A stretch of DNA of 8,960 nucleotides from an uncultured archaeon (GTDB lineage: Archaea > Iainarchaeota > Iainarchaeia > Iainarchaeales > 0-14-0-20-30-16): the NCBI GenBank assembly GCA_964565725.1, contig CAZMGA010000015.1, positions 6,529 to 15,488 of the forward strand, written 5' to 3'. The notes under the pieces were generated by a model. It was given only the letters and a program-made list of their open reading frames with translations, made no database searches and had not been told where the DNA came from. Both the position numbers and the translations under genes were made by a program. Below are positions 8,242 to 8,960 of this stretch, piece after piece. The first letter of the stretch is position 1. Each line of letters starts with the position of its first letter.

Positions 8242-8261
8242 AAAGAGCCTTCGGGCTCTTT
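8242..8261 (+). other. stable UUCG-tetraloop hairpin in the 16S 3' trailer
   Basis: AAAGAGCC-TTCG-GGCTCTTT is a perfect 8-bp stem with a UUCG loop. It begins 6 nt after the 16S 3' end. Confidence 0.7.
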
Positions 8262-8293
8262 CACATTTAAATATATTCTAAACATAAATTACA

Positions 8294-8340
8294 ACATTGG
8301 TAACAAATTATATGTAATAGCTAACCTAATCTTGGGCTCA
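8294..8340 (+). other. 3' strand of the pre-16S rRNA processing helix (overlaps the tRNA-Ala 5' end)
   Basis: Complementary to 6645-6718 as listed for the 5' strand. Its last paired nucleotides (8334-8337, possibly to 8340) are positions 1-4 (possibly 1-7) of tRNA-Ala. Confidence 0.7.
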
Positions 8341-8406
8341 TGGCTCAATTGGCAGAGCGCTCGCTTTGCAAGCGAGAGGTTCCGGGTTCAATTCCCGGTG
8401 AGTCCA
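8334..8406 (+). tRNA. tRNA-Ala (anticodon UGC), 16S-23S spacer tRNA
   Basis: Manual cloverleaf. Acceptor GGGCTCA/TGAGTCC includes the G3:U70 alanine identity pair. D arm GCTC-AATTGGCA-GAGC. Anticodon stem CTCGC/GCGAG with loop TT-TGC-AA. Variable loop AGGTT. T arm CCGGG-TTCAATT-CCCGG. Discriminator A8406. No CCA and no intron. Confidence 0.95.
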
Positions 8407-8542
8407 TGGAACTTTTAGTTCCTTGATTTCTCTAAAATTAAACAAGGTTTTTCTTGTTTGATTCTTAGCAATATATTTATTGCAATGAAGGTTGTAGTTT
8501 TGGCCAAAATTTGGTCTTTTAAATAAATCCTTAGTAGGCGAT

Positions 8543-8960
8543 ATTTAGATCATTTTAGCCATTTGGTGGATGACTCGGCTCAGATAAAGATGAAGGGCGT
8601 GACAAGCTGCGATAAGCTTAGGCGAGGAGCAAGTATCCTTAGAACCTAAGATTCCTGAATAATTCTGAGAAGAAGTTTTACCCCGCGAACTGAAGCATCT
8701 TAGTAGTGGGTGGAAAAGAAAGCAATTGCGATGCCTTTAGTATGGGCGACTGAACGAGGCAGAGAACAAACCGAATCTCTTATAGTAATATAAGCGACAT
8801 GTGGTGTATCTACTGATTTATACCTTGATTTCTTAAAAAGAATACTATTGGAAAATAGAACCATAGAGGGTGATAGTCCTGTAAATGCAAGAATAGAGGT
8901 AATTTTTCAAGTTAGTGAGTATTGCGCTTTGATATTGGCGTAAGAACATTGGGGCCAGTA
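8543..8960 (+). rRNA. rrl: 23S (LSU) ribosomal RNA, 5' portion, truncated by the window end
   Basis: Conserved domain I strings are present: GGTGGATGACTCGGCTCAG, GATGAAGGGCGTGACAAGCTGCGATAAGC, GAACTGAAGCATCTTAGTA, GGAAAAGAAAGCAA..GCGATGCC..AGTA..GGCGA. The 5' end is placed about 20 nt upstream of GGTGGATG by analogy with E. coli and Haloarcula 23S, so it is uncertain by about 15 nt. Confidence 0.9.

Overview
This window looks like a very AT-rich, probably genome-reduced archaeal genome, possibly DPANN-like; that lineage call is inference from a divergent 16S and from composition judged by eye. On the minus strand, left to right, are an orphan 123-aa ORF and a tight information-processing and ribosome-biogenesis string: rpl21e, rpoF/rpo4, a Rio1-type kinase and a two-KH-domain Dim2/Pno1-like protein. 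A plus-strand tRNA-Thr(UGU) lies between the orphan ORF and that string. The central plus-strand block (2802-6396) is a three-gene envelope module. It encodes a 5-TM alkaline-phosphatase-superfamily (LtaS/EptA/OpgB/BcsG-like) transferase, a processive GT2 synthase with D, DxD, TED and QRIRW motifs, and a membrane-anchored glutaredoxin/thioredoxin-fold protein with an atypical CVEC site. This module is the best candidate here for an undescribed system. The right third is a linked rRNA operon: 16S (about 6754-8236), tRNA-Ala(UGC), and the 5' part of 23S (from about 8543). A long processing helix is formed by the 16S flanks. Its 3' strand runs into the tRNA-Ala acceptor stem. The 16S carries a compensated A:U replacement of the near-universal G1405:C1496 decoding-site pair, plus mismatches to common primers. 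I saw no CRISPR array, mobile element or recognisable defence gene.
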